A DNA stretch of 64,000 nucleotides, counting the filler, from Basidiobolus ranarum (Eukaryota), in assembly GCA_040143965.1 (NCBI GenBank). It is 26 parts of 26 records of this genome, joined end to end, with 100 filler letters (N's around TTAATTAATTAA, not from the genome) between each part and the next. Parts side by side here need not be neighbours in the genome. Positions count along the whole stretch, not along the records: positions 1 to 2,377 come from JASJQH010010282.1; positions 2,478 to 4,852 come from JASJQH010010283.1; positions 4,953 to 7,326 come from JASJQH010010284.1; positions 7,427 to 9,799 come from JASJQH010010285.1; positions 9,900 to 12,271 come from JASJQH010010286.1; 21 more parts are not named here. One strand, given 5' to 3'. Shown here piece by piece: positions 1-12,371 of the stretch. Both the position numbers and the translations under genes were made by a program. The notes beneath the pieces were generated by a model that saw only the letters and a program-made list of their open reading frames with translations, did no database searches and had not been told where the DNA came from. The number at the start of each line of letters is the position of its first letter. Position 1 is the first letter of the stretch.

Positions 1-254
1 GAGATACCCACAGAGAGACAAAGGCTTTATAATGACATTTTTTCCCATTTTAGAGCATGGGTAGAACATAGCTTTGGTTTCCTAATGAGATATAGCATTG
101 TAGCAGGAAAGTATAGAGGAAAATCATTTTGTGGCCTCAATCAAAGTTAGGCAAAGTAGTCACAATCTTGATTAATTCTCAATACATTCATACTCAAAGA
201 TGTCCATTGAGAGCTCTAGACTTAAGACACTATGAATAAATCCTTCATCATCTT

Positions 255-425
255 TTGACTGTGCAATAATGTCTAAAGGTACTTTTCTTAACTATACCAC
301 ATAAGTAAAGTAGACTGTTTCCAAAATGGTAAATAACATCATGCCTGATAGTGTCCAATCATGCCAATTTGGGCTGGCACACTTTTTAGCTGGCCTGATC
401 TGGCTCAATAAAATGGAACAAGTCT
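255..425. mobile_element. Terminus of an unclassified DNA transposon ending ...AATAAAATGGAACAAGTC
   Basis: Similar ~170-bp segment at 19785-19958 ends at the same point with different flanking DNA. GTGCC/GGCAC subterminal motifs; the terminal 10 nt match the MITE TIR. Confidence 0.6.
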
Positions 426-429
426 TTTA

Positions 430-974
430 CAGAAATTGCCACAATCCAAGAGCTTATTCTCATTGTGAACAGTAACAACAGTCAGCTATTTGCTAAGTGT
501 AAGTGCTATTCAAAATTGCAGATGTTTAGCAATTTTTCCACCGTTAGTTTGCTGATAAAGCATATTGATGTTGTTGACTTATGTCTAATCAGTAAAGTAT
601 GTGCATATGTAGAGACTAAACACAATGAGATTCTTCTATTCTTTGATTCTCATTAAGGCTGGAATACAAAGCCTAAAATATCTAAATAAAGACATGCATA
701 TTAATTTGAATTCCTACAGCAGTAAACCCAGTGATTTGTCAGTCAAAAACTATTTTTTGAAATAATTGCCAGAAATTGAATAATACATGCCAAATTTGAG
801 GATCAATATTTTAACATGGATGACTACCATTAAGAAACCATCCAGAAACCACCATCACACCATGAAAAACCCTGGCAAAATGCCAGCCACCAATATTGTG
901 ACAGTTCTCTGATGGTTTTGCTATTTTGGAGGGTGGATCCAATTTGGATCAAATCAATTTTATTTTTGTCAGGG
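430..974 (+). mobile_element. CMC/EnSpm-like transposon: transposase C-terminus and right end
   Basis: ORF 465-656 matches the transposase tails at 40508-40771 and 61091-61546. Ends ATTTTTGTCAGGG, the same terminus as at 15173, 40045 and 60820. Confidence 0.8.
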
Positions 975-2377
975 AAACTATTATATAATATTCCAGAATC
1001 AAATAGCTATATAAGTAGTGAACCATTAGGGAGCACTGGAAATGCACCAGTTTATACTAGAAAACCTGATAATTACTCTGAGGATACTGATAAGTTGGAA
1101 CCAGTATCTGGAAATCAGCATATTATTGCTACCAACAAAAAATATGGTAATCAGAAAAGGATATCTTTCCAGCCAATGAGAATTCCAAAAATTGGGCTCA
1201 GAAACAAGGCAATAACTTTCTGAACAATTGTATACCTAAGATATATCCTACTCTCAATTTGGCTGATTTTGGATGCAATCAATTATTGGAAGCATGCAAA
1301 CAATATCCACTAGTATTCAATCAATCCCAAAATTCAGGCAATCCGGTCTCAGAAATCCTATCAAATGGAAATCAGAAATATCCTATAAGTGAGACATCTA
1401 ACTATTCCACCCAGGACTTTGGATATCTCAATTCAGAGCATGAAATCAACAGATTCAAATCAGAAAAAGGGTGGAATATATCTGCACATCTAGCATTTTC
1501 TTAACCAGAAAATCTAACACAAGCTCTGAAATCTGATGAAGCAACAGAATGGAGAAAAGCCATTGATGATGAAATTCACTCCCTAATTAAGATTAACACA
1601 TTGATCCTTGTGGACTTACCTACATGAAGAAAAACTATTGACAATAGATGGGTGCTGATACTGAAACTTAACTCAGATGTATCTATCAACTAGTACAAAG
1701 CAACATTAGTAGGAAAAGGCTATGATCAGAAACATGGCATTGACTATGATGAAACATTTTCTCCCATTGCTAAGTTTACCACAATCATAGTAATCCTAGC
1801 CATTGCTAACCACCAAGGAATGGTGATTGAACAAATGGATATCAAGACAGCTTGTTTTAATGGAGAAATTGATGAAGATTTATACATGGATCAGCCAGAG
1901 GGATATATTGCAAAAGAAAAAGAATATCAAGTATGCAAGCTACAGAGAAGTCTACATAGTCTGAAACAGGCTCCTTGTGAATGGAATACCAACTGGGCTA
2001 ACAACGCAGAAGACCATCAGTCCAGAACTGGAGATGTGTTTAAGCTAGCAGGTGGGCCAATAAGCTGGACTAGTAAGAAAAAACAAACTATCGCATTATC
2101 AACTACACCAGCAGAATATATGACAAGCTCTATGGCTGTTCAAGAAGCTATATGACTAAGGAGTCTTCTCAAGGAACTAGGATCAGATCAAGTTGGTCCT
2201 ATCCCAATTTAACAAGATAATATTAGGTGTATTTAGATCACCAAAAATCCTGAGTGTCACTCAAGGATAAAACATATTGACAAAGGACATCATTTCATAC
2301 AAGGGAAAGTTCAAGACAAAGAAGTGAGCTGTATTTATTGTAATACTGAAAACATGCTTGCAGACATACTAACAAAA
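975..2377 (+). mobile_element. Degenerate Ty1/copia pol (RT and RNase H, internal deletion near 1990)
   Basis: Motifs GIDYDETFSPIAK, QMDIKTA, LKQAP, ISWTSKKKQTIALST. Multiple stops. Confidence 0.92.
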
Positions 2378-2477
2378 NNNNNNNNNNNNNNNNNNNNNNN
2401 NNNNNNNNNNNNNNNNNNNNNTTAATTAATTAANNNNNNNNNNNNNNNNNNNNNNNNNNNNNNNNNNNNNNNNNNNN

Positions 2478-2826
2478 GTTATCTTATAATTCACTAAGAT
2501 ATTATCAATTATTCTCAATTGGAATTTACTTGGAATATTTTTACCAACTTAGAAGTTCTCAGATATATAGATTTTTCAAACTTGTGCTTGAAGCCCCAAA
2601 CTTTGCACACATGTTGCTGGGACCTTCCTTAACATATTCTATATGTTAGTTTGTTTACATCTTGACAAAACTATAAATGTTAACTTTCTACTCAATAAAT
2701 CAATAAGTGAAAACCACCAATTCCTCGAATTCTCCAAACCACTTCCAACAGGCTCCCAAATACTTTAACACTAAGTACTAAGCTATATAGGACTATATAG
2801 GTGTTTAGGCAATGCTAATTTCAACA
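2478..2826. mobile_element. Copia LTR family A (+, 2478-2770) abutting the end of an inverted LTR-A (2771-2826)
   Basis: Ends ...CCCAAATACTTTAACA and ...GCTAATTTCAACA match the full 348-bp LTR-A copies at 25481-25828 and 55870-56217. Confidence 0.85.
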
Positions 2827-3052
2827 GGAAACAGGATAACAATGGGCATGCTTTGCAGGGTAGAAAACTTGAATCATTATGGTATGCTTTTGTGAATCTG
2901 GTGCATATGGATCAACTTGATTATGATCAGTTAGCATAATCTCAACTGTCCCAACCTTGAACTTTCCTGATGGATCTGGCAGAGAGAATTGTGAGGACAC
3001 ACCCTCCAGGTTATGACAACAGTAAGCAAGGTTACTGCGGTAAAAGCTTTAT
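2827..3052 (-). pseudogene. 5' remnant of a PAF-acetylhydrolase-like (alpha/beta hydrolase) gene, truncated by an LTR
   Basis: Minus strand reads FSLPDPSGKFKVGTVEIMLTDHNQVDPYAPDSQKHTIMIQVFYPAK, resembling the family N-terminus LPxPtGxxxVG...DxxRxDP...RxxmvxxxYPA. A signal-peptide-like segment (KAFTAVTLLTVVITW) lies upstream in a shifted frame. Confidence 0.7.
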
Positions 3053-3481
3053 TTTTCAGTGAAAATAACCTTAGTGTTACTTGGCTTTCTAGTACCATTT
3101 ATGTATTTGGATTTGGTGTTTACAAAGACTAGTGATAGACAATGAAATTTCCACATGTGTGAAAGTAGTATTTGCACATAAGCAAACACTCTAAAACAAG
3201 AAATTGAATGCTATAGCATGATAATGATTTAGGACTTTGTGAATGGAGCACAATTCACATTTAATCACTTAATATAGACAAGCTCTACAAGCATACATTC
3301 TTAATTATGAATTCAAAATGGGTTTCTTAAAGGAAATTTTTGGTTCAATAAAATACATGCTACAAATTCTCAAATATAGTATCATATATATGCACACATT
3401 CACCTCATTCTTGTAACCAAATGTAGTTGAATCTCTCATAAACAGATTTACAGGAGACTGTTCAAATTACATGTTAATAGC

Positions 3482-4682
3482 TTGTTGGTGTTGGATTCAA
3501 GTGAAAGCCAGAAATCTCCATATCAATCTATGGTTATTAGTTCCATGTGTATCATGGTTGGAATACAGCCAGATATTACACATTTTGTGAGAGTTATGTT
3601 AAAGTATTTGAGAGTCCGTTGGAAGTGGTTTGGAGAATTAGAGAAATTGGTTTTTTTTGCTTATTGATTGATTAAGTAGAAAGTTGACATTTATAGTTTT
3701 GTCAAGATATAAGCAAACTAACATGAAGAATGTGCTAAGGAAGGTCCCAGGAGCATGTATGCAAAGTTTGGGACATCTAGCACAAGTTTGAAAAATCTAT
3801 ATATCAGAGAACTTCTAAGTTGGTATCAATATTCTGAGTAAATTCCAATTGAGAATAATGGACAATATCTTGGTGAATTACAAGATAACTCAGTACTAAG
3901 CTATATATAACTATATAGGTGTTTAGGCAATGCAAATTTCAACAAGTTACATATGCTGTTATGGAGCTATTACATGGAATTCAAAGAAATAAACTACTGT
4001 AGCACTTTTGACAACACAAGCAGAATATATGACTGCATGTGAAGCAATAAAAGAAGCAATAGGGTTAACAAAGCTCTTAACAAATTTAGGCTGTTCTCAA
4101 AACTTACCAACTACAATATCTCAAGATAATCAAAGTTGCATCAAATCAACTAGAAAACCCATGTTTCATACCACAAGCAAAAATATATATATTGGACATC
4201 ATGTTATTAGAGAGACAATAAAGTATCAGCTTTGTGACTCAACATATTACTCCACTGAAAATATGATTGCTGAGATATCAACCAAACCATTAGCTAGGTG
4301 GAAATTCAAGAAATTTAGACCTTTCTGATAATGAGCTTATATGACTATTTATTTGAGGGAGAGTGTTGAGATTAGAGTTGCCTAAACATCTATATGGGCA
4401 TATATAGCTTAGTATTCATTTATCCTTTATTGAACCATGAAATTACTCTTTATTCAATATTGGAATTTGTATAGGATATTTTTAACAACTTAGAAGCTCT
4501 CAGATATATAGATATTTCAAAGGAGCCCCAAAATTTAAACACATATTCCTGGGAACTTCCTTAACACATTATACATGTTAGTTTCTGTATATCTCAATAA
4601 AACTATAAATGTCAACTTTTACTCAATAAATTAGTATGTAAAACTACTAATTTCTCTATTTCTCCCAACCACTCCCAACAGG
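3482..4682 (+). mobile_element. Copia family A 3' end: RT/RNase H remnant, PPT, truncated 3' LTR (from 4364)
   Basis: PYQSMV, QPDI, QAEYMTACEA, QDNQSCI and ISTKPL motifs. PPT TTGAGGGAGAG directly precedes TGTTGAG. Confidence 0.9.
3597..3944 (-). mobile_element. Solo LTR-A with 5-bp TSD AGTTA
   Basis: TG...CA termini, 348 bp, AGTTA at 3592-3596 and 3945-3949. Confidence 0.92.
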
Positions 4683-4952
4683 GTCACTAAATAACAGTTG
4701 TTGTCCTAACTGTCACTGTGTAAATTAGTTATTAAGCTAAATAAGGCGCTTGGGATCCCCCTCAATCAGTGATTTGATGTAGTGTGCTCAAGTGATATAG
4801 CATGCTCTAGTCTACTTATCCACTATCTTGCTCTACTTGATATAATCAGCTCNNNNNNNNNNNNNNNNNNNNNNNNNNNNNNNNNNNNNNNNNNNNTTAA
4901 TTAATTAANNNNNNNNNNNNNNNNNNNNNNNNNNNNNNNNNNNNNNNNNNNN

Positions 4953-5126
4953 CAATCATTTGCAACTATTTTGCAAGATCTTGAAATTTCACTCCTGAAA
5001 CTGAAAAAATTGATTAAAATCAAATCTAACTTGACAATTTTATGACGGTAAGTAAATGGTCAATCCCAAATGGATTAAAATTGTGAAGGTTTTCCCACAA
5101 TAACAATCCTCAAATTTCTGTTAGGG
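4953..5126 (-). mobile_element. CMC-like transposon left end
   Basis: Ends ...AAATTTCTGTTAGGG, the reverse complement of CCCTAACAGAAATTT at 23318 and 34337. Confidence 0.85.
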
Positions 5127-5149
5127 ACTTGCGACGTTGCTAAATGGGC

Positions 5150-6270
5150 TTCACACATGTTCCAGGCTCCTTTCTTAAAGTATTCTACATGTTAGTTTGC
5201 TTATATCTTAACAAAACCATAAAAGTCAATTTCTACTCAGTAAATATATTGTGAAGACCAACAACTTCTCTAATTCTTGTAATTGCTTCCAGCAGGCTCA
5301 CAAAAGACTTTACCATGTTATGAGCACCAAGCTTGCACTCTCTGTAATGTTGACTTCTTAAATCTCTGGGGCTTCTCCCTCTTCTAAAATATCAGATGGA
5401 ACCAATGATCATGTTTAAAAAACTAAGATAAATATGATGCTACAGGAAAAAGAACTTTGGGACATTGTTGTGGCAGAAGAAACCAATGCAAAACTTTCTG
5501 AAACCAAAATTCATCCCAGGCTAACAAAGAACAAAATGCCCTTAATACCATTTGTCTCAATATGAATGACCAAGTGATGATTGAATGTCCAAGAGCCAAG
5601 GCTGCTAAGAAGGTGTGGACAGCTTTGGAAGGAACCTACCAAACATGTTCTGCTGCCAACAAGATGTCTCTAAGAAGGGAGTTCCTAAATTAGAAGATGA
5701 AGCCTGGGGATGACATTAAATTACTAACTAATGTAATCTAACATTAAATCACTAATTAATAGAGTCACTATTTTAGTAGATGAAATGGAATGCATTGGAA
5801 TTCCTACTGCTGCTCAGGATATTATAATTAGAGTTCTAAATAGCCAGCCACACAAGTTTCAGAGCTTAGTAAAGGCTCTAGATTCTAGAACAAAAATTTG
5901 ATCTTTAACATTATATTTGGCAGACTCCTGGATGAAGATTTTAGTAAATTAGGTTCCAGCCAGAATAGTGCAGAAAATACTTTCATAGGTTATAGGACCT
6001 TCCCACAAAGTTGAAAGGCACTTTAAGAAGAAAAGTACTATATTGTGTGCTTACAGTAAAAAGACTGGCTATTCAAGCAAAGATTATGTTAAAAGAATTG
6101 CCAAAAAAGAAAGACATACTGAATCTGTAACTGTGGTTTCAACAGAAGATAACTTGTTTGTATCTTCTCTATCTATGAATACTAACAAGGATTCTCAGAC
6201 ATAGTATATTATTCTGGAGCTTTCTATGATTTAACCAATGAAAAGCATTGGCTGTGTATTTTCAAGAAAT
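5150..6270 (+). mobile_element. Copia A partial 5' LTR, degenerate PBS, gag/protease remnant
   Basis: LTR-A 3' part, TGTTATGAGCACC PBS-like site, LQEKELWDIV gag motif, decayed zinc knuckle. Confidence 0.85.
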
Positions 6271-6474
6271 CCAAATTCCCTAAAAAAATAAACTAATCTG
6301 ATCTATAGTAGACAATCTATAGTAGACTTACCTCTCTGTAGCACAATACCATTAGAGAATCTTCACAATATTGATGGCTTGTATTCTGCCAGAGATCTTG
6401 ATAATATGATGGTGGCTTCTTATTGGTATTGTGACAGGAATCACATGCACTGAAATTTTCATTCTCAGTATTGG

Positions 6475-6999
6475 TGTCATGATTCTGATCTTGGCATGCT
6501 GATCCAGTGCAAATAGAACTCTTCTATTGTTAGATTATGACATCATATCTGCTGTGCCATCCCTTTTTGGCAATCTTGTGTTAATTCATCCAGGTTACCT
6601 TATATGGAAGTCATGTTCTTTGGAACATTCCATGCAACCTAATCAATCATGTCATCTTACACATGGTGTATTTCTGCCAAGACCTTCCATGGAAGGTCAC
6701 CTGATCATCCTTACATCATCCCTCTTTGTATAGGTCCTTGTAGTCTCCAACACCCCAACTCTTGAACTTGCCACAGTATATTCCCTATTCAGTATATTAT
6801 GTTTCACCTTAAAATATCTATATAAGCCCCATGTATTCCTTGATCAGACTGAGGTCCAATCAATGCCAGTTATCAATAATGGTTCTTGCCAAAGTATCTT
6901 CCTTGTCCAGTCTTGTCTTGTGGTCTACACCCAAGTACTCTCCTGCCTTCTAGCCTCTTGTCATTGTTCCCAGTCCTTGTCCAGTTCCTTATTGTGACA
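6475..6999 (+). mobile_element. Solo LTR family C (chromoviral gypsy), 5-bp TSD ATTGG
   Basis: TGTCA...TGACA termini, ATTGG on both sides. Same LTR at 32131-32674, 44129, 58950 (-) and 63942. Confidence 0.92.
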
Positions 7000-7029
7000 A
7001 TTGGGGAGCATTACTCAATCTCCTTATAT

Positions 7030-7326
7030 ATACTTAATTCACCCATATCAGTCATCTGGAATTGGTTTGATAAGCTGCTTTTTGTCTGATTGATTGCTTC
7101 TAGATCATTTGTGGCTATGACTAAGTCATCCACATATAGTGCTAAGATAAGGATCCTATTTCCAGTTGTTTTGATGTAAATACTGTGAGCTGCTGTGCAT
7201 TTTTGGAATTCTAGAGATTCAAAATAGGTATCTATCTTGTTGTACTATGCCCTGGGTGCTTGGTTGAGTCCATATTGCAATTTTTGCAGTTTACAGACCA
7301 TAACAGGATGTTTTGGGTCAACACAT
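7030..7326 (-). mobile_element. Copia RT fragment
   Basis: Minus strand VCKLQK..YGLNQAPRA and ILALYVDDL. Confidence 0.85.
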
Positions 7327-7426
7327 NNNNNNNNNNNNNNNNNNNNNNNNNNNNNNNNNNNNNNNNNNNNTTAATTAATTAANNNNNNNNNNNNNNNNNN
7401 NNNNNNNNNNNNNNNNNNNNNNNNNN

Positions 7427-9799
7427 AATGTTAAACCACTCATCATCAGAGCAAGTGATGGCAGCTTGGATGTTGAGAGTCTTTTGGTTTGCAGGTTTTC
7501 TTATGAGATTTCTACTCTGATATGCCCAAGCAATTTTGGGTAGTTGTTTTGGCTCAATGGTCCAACACATTTTTTACTCTGCTAGAATGTCATAGTGACA
7601 TTCATAAGTATGGTGTGGGATTGATTGAAATCCCATATGAGAATGGATGGAGGGAGCAGCATGTTGCTGTAGCTCAAGTACAGCATTCTCAAGATCTTCT
7701 ATCATTGTTGAATGACTCTCTGACTGTTAACTAGTTGCTTCAGAATGCTGCATTAATTCCCATATTGCGCTATTATTGCTTGTCATGGCCAGTAAAGCAA
7801 CTTTGTATCATCACCAAAATCTCAAAAGGCAAGTTTTCTTTGTCAAAGTACTTTATCAGGCATTTGCATTAGCTCTAGATAATTTTGCACTTAATAGAGA
7901 TATCATTGGAATGGCTGGCTGCCAATCATTTTAATTAAGTGAAATCTCCCTCCTTCTGGGTAATACAGGAGTTTAAATATTTTGAAACCAATCATCATAT
8001 TTAGACATAAGTGACAGGTGCTTATAAATAGCTTCTTGGTTGCTTTAATTGATGAATATGAATTGTGAACCAATGGGATTGAGATCGGTGAATATTTTTT
8101 TCAAGCTAATATCATTGTATGCATTGGTGACACTCCTGCCATCAGTAAACTGGGAGGTTTTGGAGGGCACAATGCACCATCTTGCTGTAGATTTTGTCAA
8201 ATCAATGAAGTTTACTCTACCATTCATATGCATTACTACTATCTAAATACAATACTAAATGACACAATGTTACCATCATGAGCCCAGTCAGATTTTCACA
8301 TGATCACTGATATCAATTCACCAAATAGTTAGTCTAAAATCAAACTTGGTATTAGCCATAAGCCTAAATTATATTACTAAAGTGGATCAGCTGGGGGCCA
8401 AGCTTGTCATTAGGCATTATGGATTTACTATTCAACAATATTGCAATAGTACTTACTCAGCTATATAATGGAAAATTTAATATGAATGAGACATTTGAGA
8501 TAGGATCAAAGTTTAAATCAATTTGGAAATTTCTATATCATTGTATACATTGGTGTTACTCCGGACATTAGTAAACTGGGAGGTTTGTAAAGGTGCAATG
8601 TACTATTTTTCCATCAATTCTGTCAGGTTAAAGGAGTATGCACTACAATGCATATATGTTTCTACTGTCCAAGACCAATACTTAACTACATGAGTTTAGT
8701 ATCATGAGCACAGTTAGAAAGTAACTATATTTGCTCATATGGATTCACAAATTTGTCAGTCTAATATCACATTTGAGATTGGCCATCATCCTAAAATTTT
8801 ATTTTTAAAGGGGATCAGCTAGAGCAGAGCTTCACATTAGGCACTATGGACTAACTATTCCACAACATTCCAGTACCACTTACTAAGCTATAAAGTGGAA
8901 TATATATGCGAACAATTCATACAAGATAATATCAAAATTTTGATTGATTAGCAAAATGATTGAAAACATCAAGCTACAATTTTATTTTACCTGGACTCCC
9001 ATGAATATCCACTTATCTGGGCATTTATGTAGGTGCAAAGCCTGGAAATACTGGATTTGGGTATGTTTTGGTGGAATCTGGAATGATTTCTAGATGATTG
9101 ATGCTGGTAACACTGGGAGTTGTTTGTAGGTATTGTTAATTCACTCTTATGGTATTACCTCATAACATCAGATCTTGGGTGGATACAGCAACTGTGCAAA
9201 GATCTTGTTGTTAGATATGAGAAGCATAACTACATGTTTGAAGGAGAACAACTGAATCTATGCCTGTTATCAATATATATCACTTGCCACATCTTTCACA
9301 ATGCTTAGAGGTCATAAGTCCTTTCCTACATTCTGTGACTACCCAATGGAGCATACCTGCAGTTCAATGATGCTCAATGCAAAATCAGCAGTATTACAAA
9401 GGCTAATCTGAATAACAGTGTATTAGCAAACATAGTGATAGCTAAAATGGGTTGGGTTAAGGAGACTCCAGATTTTATCCACTTTCCCACTGGGGGCTCT
9501 TTCCAATGTGCTTATGGGTTTTGCCATTTATTCAGCACAATAACAGCAACAAAACCCAATCCATGAACATTGAGTAAATATCTCTATATTTGGACTAATT
9601 TGCTTATGTGATAATCTGATAGTATTTTTAGGAAAGCTGCAAGACAGACTACTTGGTGAGATAGATGGAGATACACAGTATTATTGTGTTAGCCATGGGG
9701 TAATCTGTTCAAGCAATGACACATGTACTTGTAACAGGACATTTGTTGACTGCAAGTTGGTGATATTTTGGATGAATTCTCTATGGAAATTTGCCAAAA
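7427..9799 (+). mobile_element. CMC-like transposon: second gene fragment (-, 7427-7800) and degenerate transposase (+, ~7810-9799)
   Basis: IGDTPAISKLGG, CRFC and YPME-type motifs on +. The minus ORF matches 29657-29915. Confidence 0.85.
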
Positions 9800-9899
9800 N
9801 NNNNNNNNNNNNNNNNNNNNNNNNNNNNNNNNNNNNNNNNNNNTTAATTAATTAANNNNNNNNNNNNNNNNNNNNNNNNNNNNNNNNNNNNNNNNNNNN

Positions 9900-12097
9900 T
9901 GACTTCAGAAGAAGCTTCTCTAATTGTGATGGAATACGACATAGACCCTGTGATTGACTCCGTAGCCTCCTTAGATCTATACCCGCGTCCCAAGCCCGAG
10001 AATGCATCGATTTATCCACATAGACCACCTATAGTTACTATTATGGGTCATGTTGACCATGGAAAAACCACTCTTTTGGACTCTTTGCGAAATGCTTCAG
10101 TTGCTGCTCAAGAGGCTGGCGGTATTAGTCAACATATTGGAGCTATCTCGGGTATATTTTCAATTGGCAAAGCTATAATCTCCTCGTTGTTCTTATTTAA
10201 CACATTGTGTAGTAAACTTCCCATCCAAAAAGAAGATTACCTTTATTGATACCCCTGGTCATGCTGCTTTCAATGCAATGCGCGCTCGTGGTGCGAATGC
10301 TACAGATATCGTAGTATTAGTGGTGGCTGCCGACGATGGTGTAATGCCACAAACTATTGAAGCCATTAATCATGCCACTGCTGCTGGAGGTACGTATTGA
10401 TTCATTTTGCATATTACGTTGACTAACAACAAGATTCTTTACAGTTGCCATCATCGTGGCCATAAACAAGTGTGACAAACATAATGTCAACACGGTAAGA
10501 GTCAACTTGAGTTTTCTAAATAGAAATAGCCTTGTTAACTGATTCACTTTATTTACAGCAAAAGATCAGAGAAGAACTACTCAGATATAACGTTCAACTA
10601 GAGGAATTTGGCGGTGATACTCGAGCTGTACCTATCTGCGGCTTAACTGTAAGTAGAAAGAAAATCACTCGGGAATCTTTCGAAATTCTAACCTAGAAAT
10701 GAATTAATAGGGTATGGGACTCATTGAACTCAAAGAAAATATCTCCACGTTAGCTGAAGTTCTCGATCTACGCGCTGAGGTAGATGGCACCTCGGAAGGA
10801 GTGGTTTTAGAGTGACGGGTTGAAAAGGGACTTGGGTAACTATTAATAAATATGCCACTTTAAAATATACTCGCGGTTTATTCATTGGCGATTCATCAAA
10901 CTAAGAAACGTCTCTACTGTATTGGTACATCGTGGCACTCTAAAGAGCGGCTCAATCGTAGTGGCAGGTACCTCTTGGGGCAAAATTCGCCGTAGGATTG
11001 ATGATAAAGGAAAAATTGTAAATGCGGCCGGCCCTGGAACTCCTGTAAGAATAATAAGATGCAAGGATCTTCCCAAAGCTGGCGATGAGATGTTAGAGGC
11101 TGAAGATGAAGTAAGTTCTACATGATTTGAACAATTTTCAAAGAAAACTATTCCTGAACCAAAACAATGGATAGCTTTAACCAGGGTAGTCGTTGAAAAC
11201 CGTAGAATCCGCGCAACACGTGAGGTTGAGATGAAAGATATTGAAGTAATTCGTGAGAGACGACAAAAAGAATGTGAGGAACAGTTTGAAGAACGCCTAA
11301 AGGAAAAGAAATTTAAAAGAGAAGTTTGGGAGTAATATCACGGCTTAAGATCTGTATATCCTACGTTGGAACGAAGTGAAACCAAACCGGTAGACCACGA
11401 AGTAGATAAAATTACAATTATTGAGTTACCTGTTATTGTAAAAGGGGATGTGAGTGGAACAGTTGAAGCAGTCGTAGCCTCTTTGGACGGGCTTCCTTCA
11501 AAAGAAGTTCGGTTGAAAGCGATTCACTCAAATGTTGGAGCTATTACTGAAGCCGACGTAGATATGGCAGCTGCCTGTGATGGATTCGTTCTCGGCTTTA
11601 ATGTCAAGGGAGGTAAACAAACTATGGCAAAAGCAAAACTCAAGAAAGTAGGAGTTAAAGATCACACCATCATCTATAAGCTGCTAGAGGATGCAAAATC
11701 AATCCTAGCTAGATTACTTCCACCTGAATACACCACCAGAGTGACAGGTGAAGCGAAAATTCAACAAGTTTTCCAAATCAATGTCAAAGGTAGAGTTACC
11801 TCACCCGTCGCAGGTTGTAGAGTGACCAATGGATCCATTTTGAAAAACAACAAGATTAGAATTATCAGAAAAGAGAGAACCGTTTTTGAAGGTAAAGTGC
11901 TTCTTCTATATTCAATAGTCGAGTTTATTAATATTAACTCAGGCGTTCATATTAGTTCTTTGAAACAGGTCAAAACTGATGTTACAGAGGCTAAAAAGGG
12001 CATCGAATGTGGTTTATCGTTCGAAGAGTTTAATGATTTTCAGGAAGGTGATATCATTCAAAGTATTGAAACCATTGAAGTACCACGACAACTTTAA
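9900..12097 (+). pseudogene. IFM1: Mitochondrial translation initiation factor IF2, intron-containing, disrupted (5' partial)
   Basis: [48 protein letters not shown] and GIECG motifs. Introns 10152-10212, 10390-10444, 10495-10558, 10649-10710, 10836-10905, 11111-~11174 and probably 11892-11942. In-frame TGA at 10813-10815, TAA at 11333-11335, and an acceptor 1 nt out of frame at 11174. Confidence 0.88.
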
Positions 12098-12371
12098 ACC
12101 CGCAATTTGAATCAAAATAAACTAGTCTCTCCACAGAGAGTTATGCTGAGCATATATTCAGCCATGACCTTTATTATTGGCCGTTCACTTGTGTCTATTT
12201 TACAATTATGACCAATACGTGACATTCAAGCATTGGCATTCATTCATCCTCTCCTCCCTCATCGAGCATAGNNNNNNNNNNNNNNNNNNNNNNNNNNNNN
12301 NNNNNNNNNNNNNNNTTAATTAATTAANNNNNNNNNNNNNNNNNNNNNNNNNNNNNNNNNNNNNNNNNNNN

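Noticed and set aside
2378-2477. Regularly spaced TTAATTAATTAA as a biological repeat or array
   Set aside because: It sits within fixed N runs between size-sorted contigs, so it is an assembly linker. ORFs ending X...LIN are artefacts of it.
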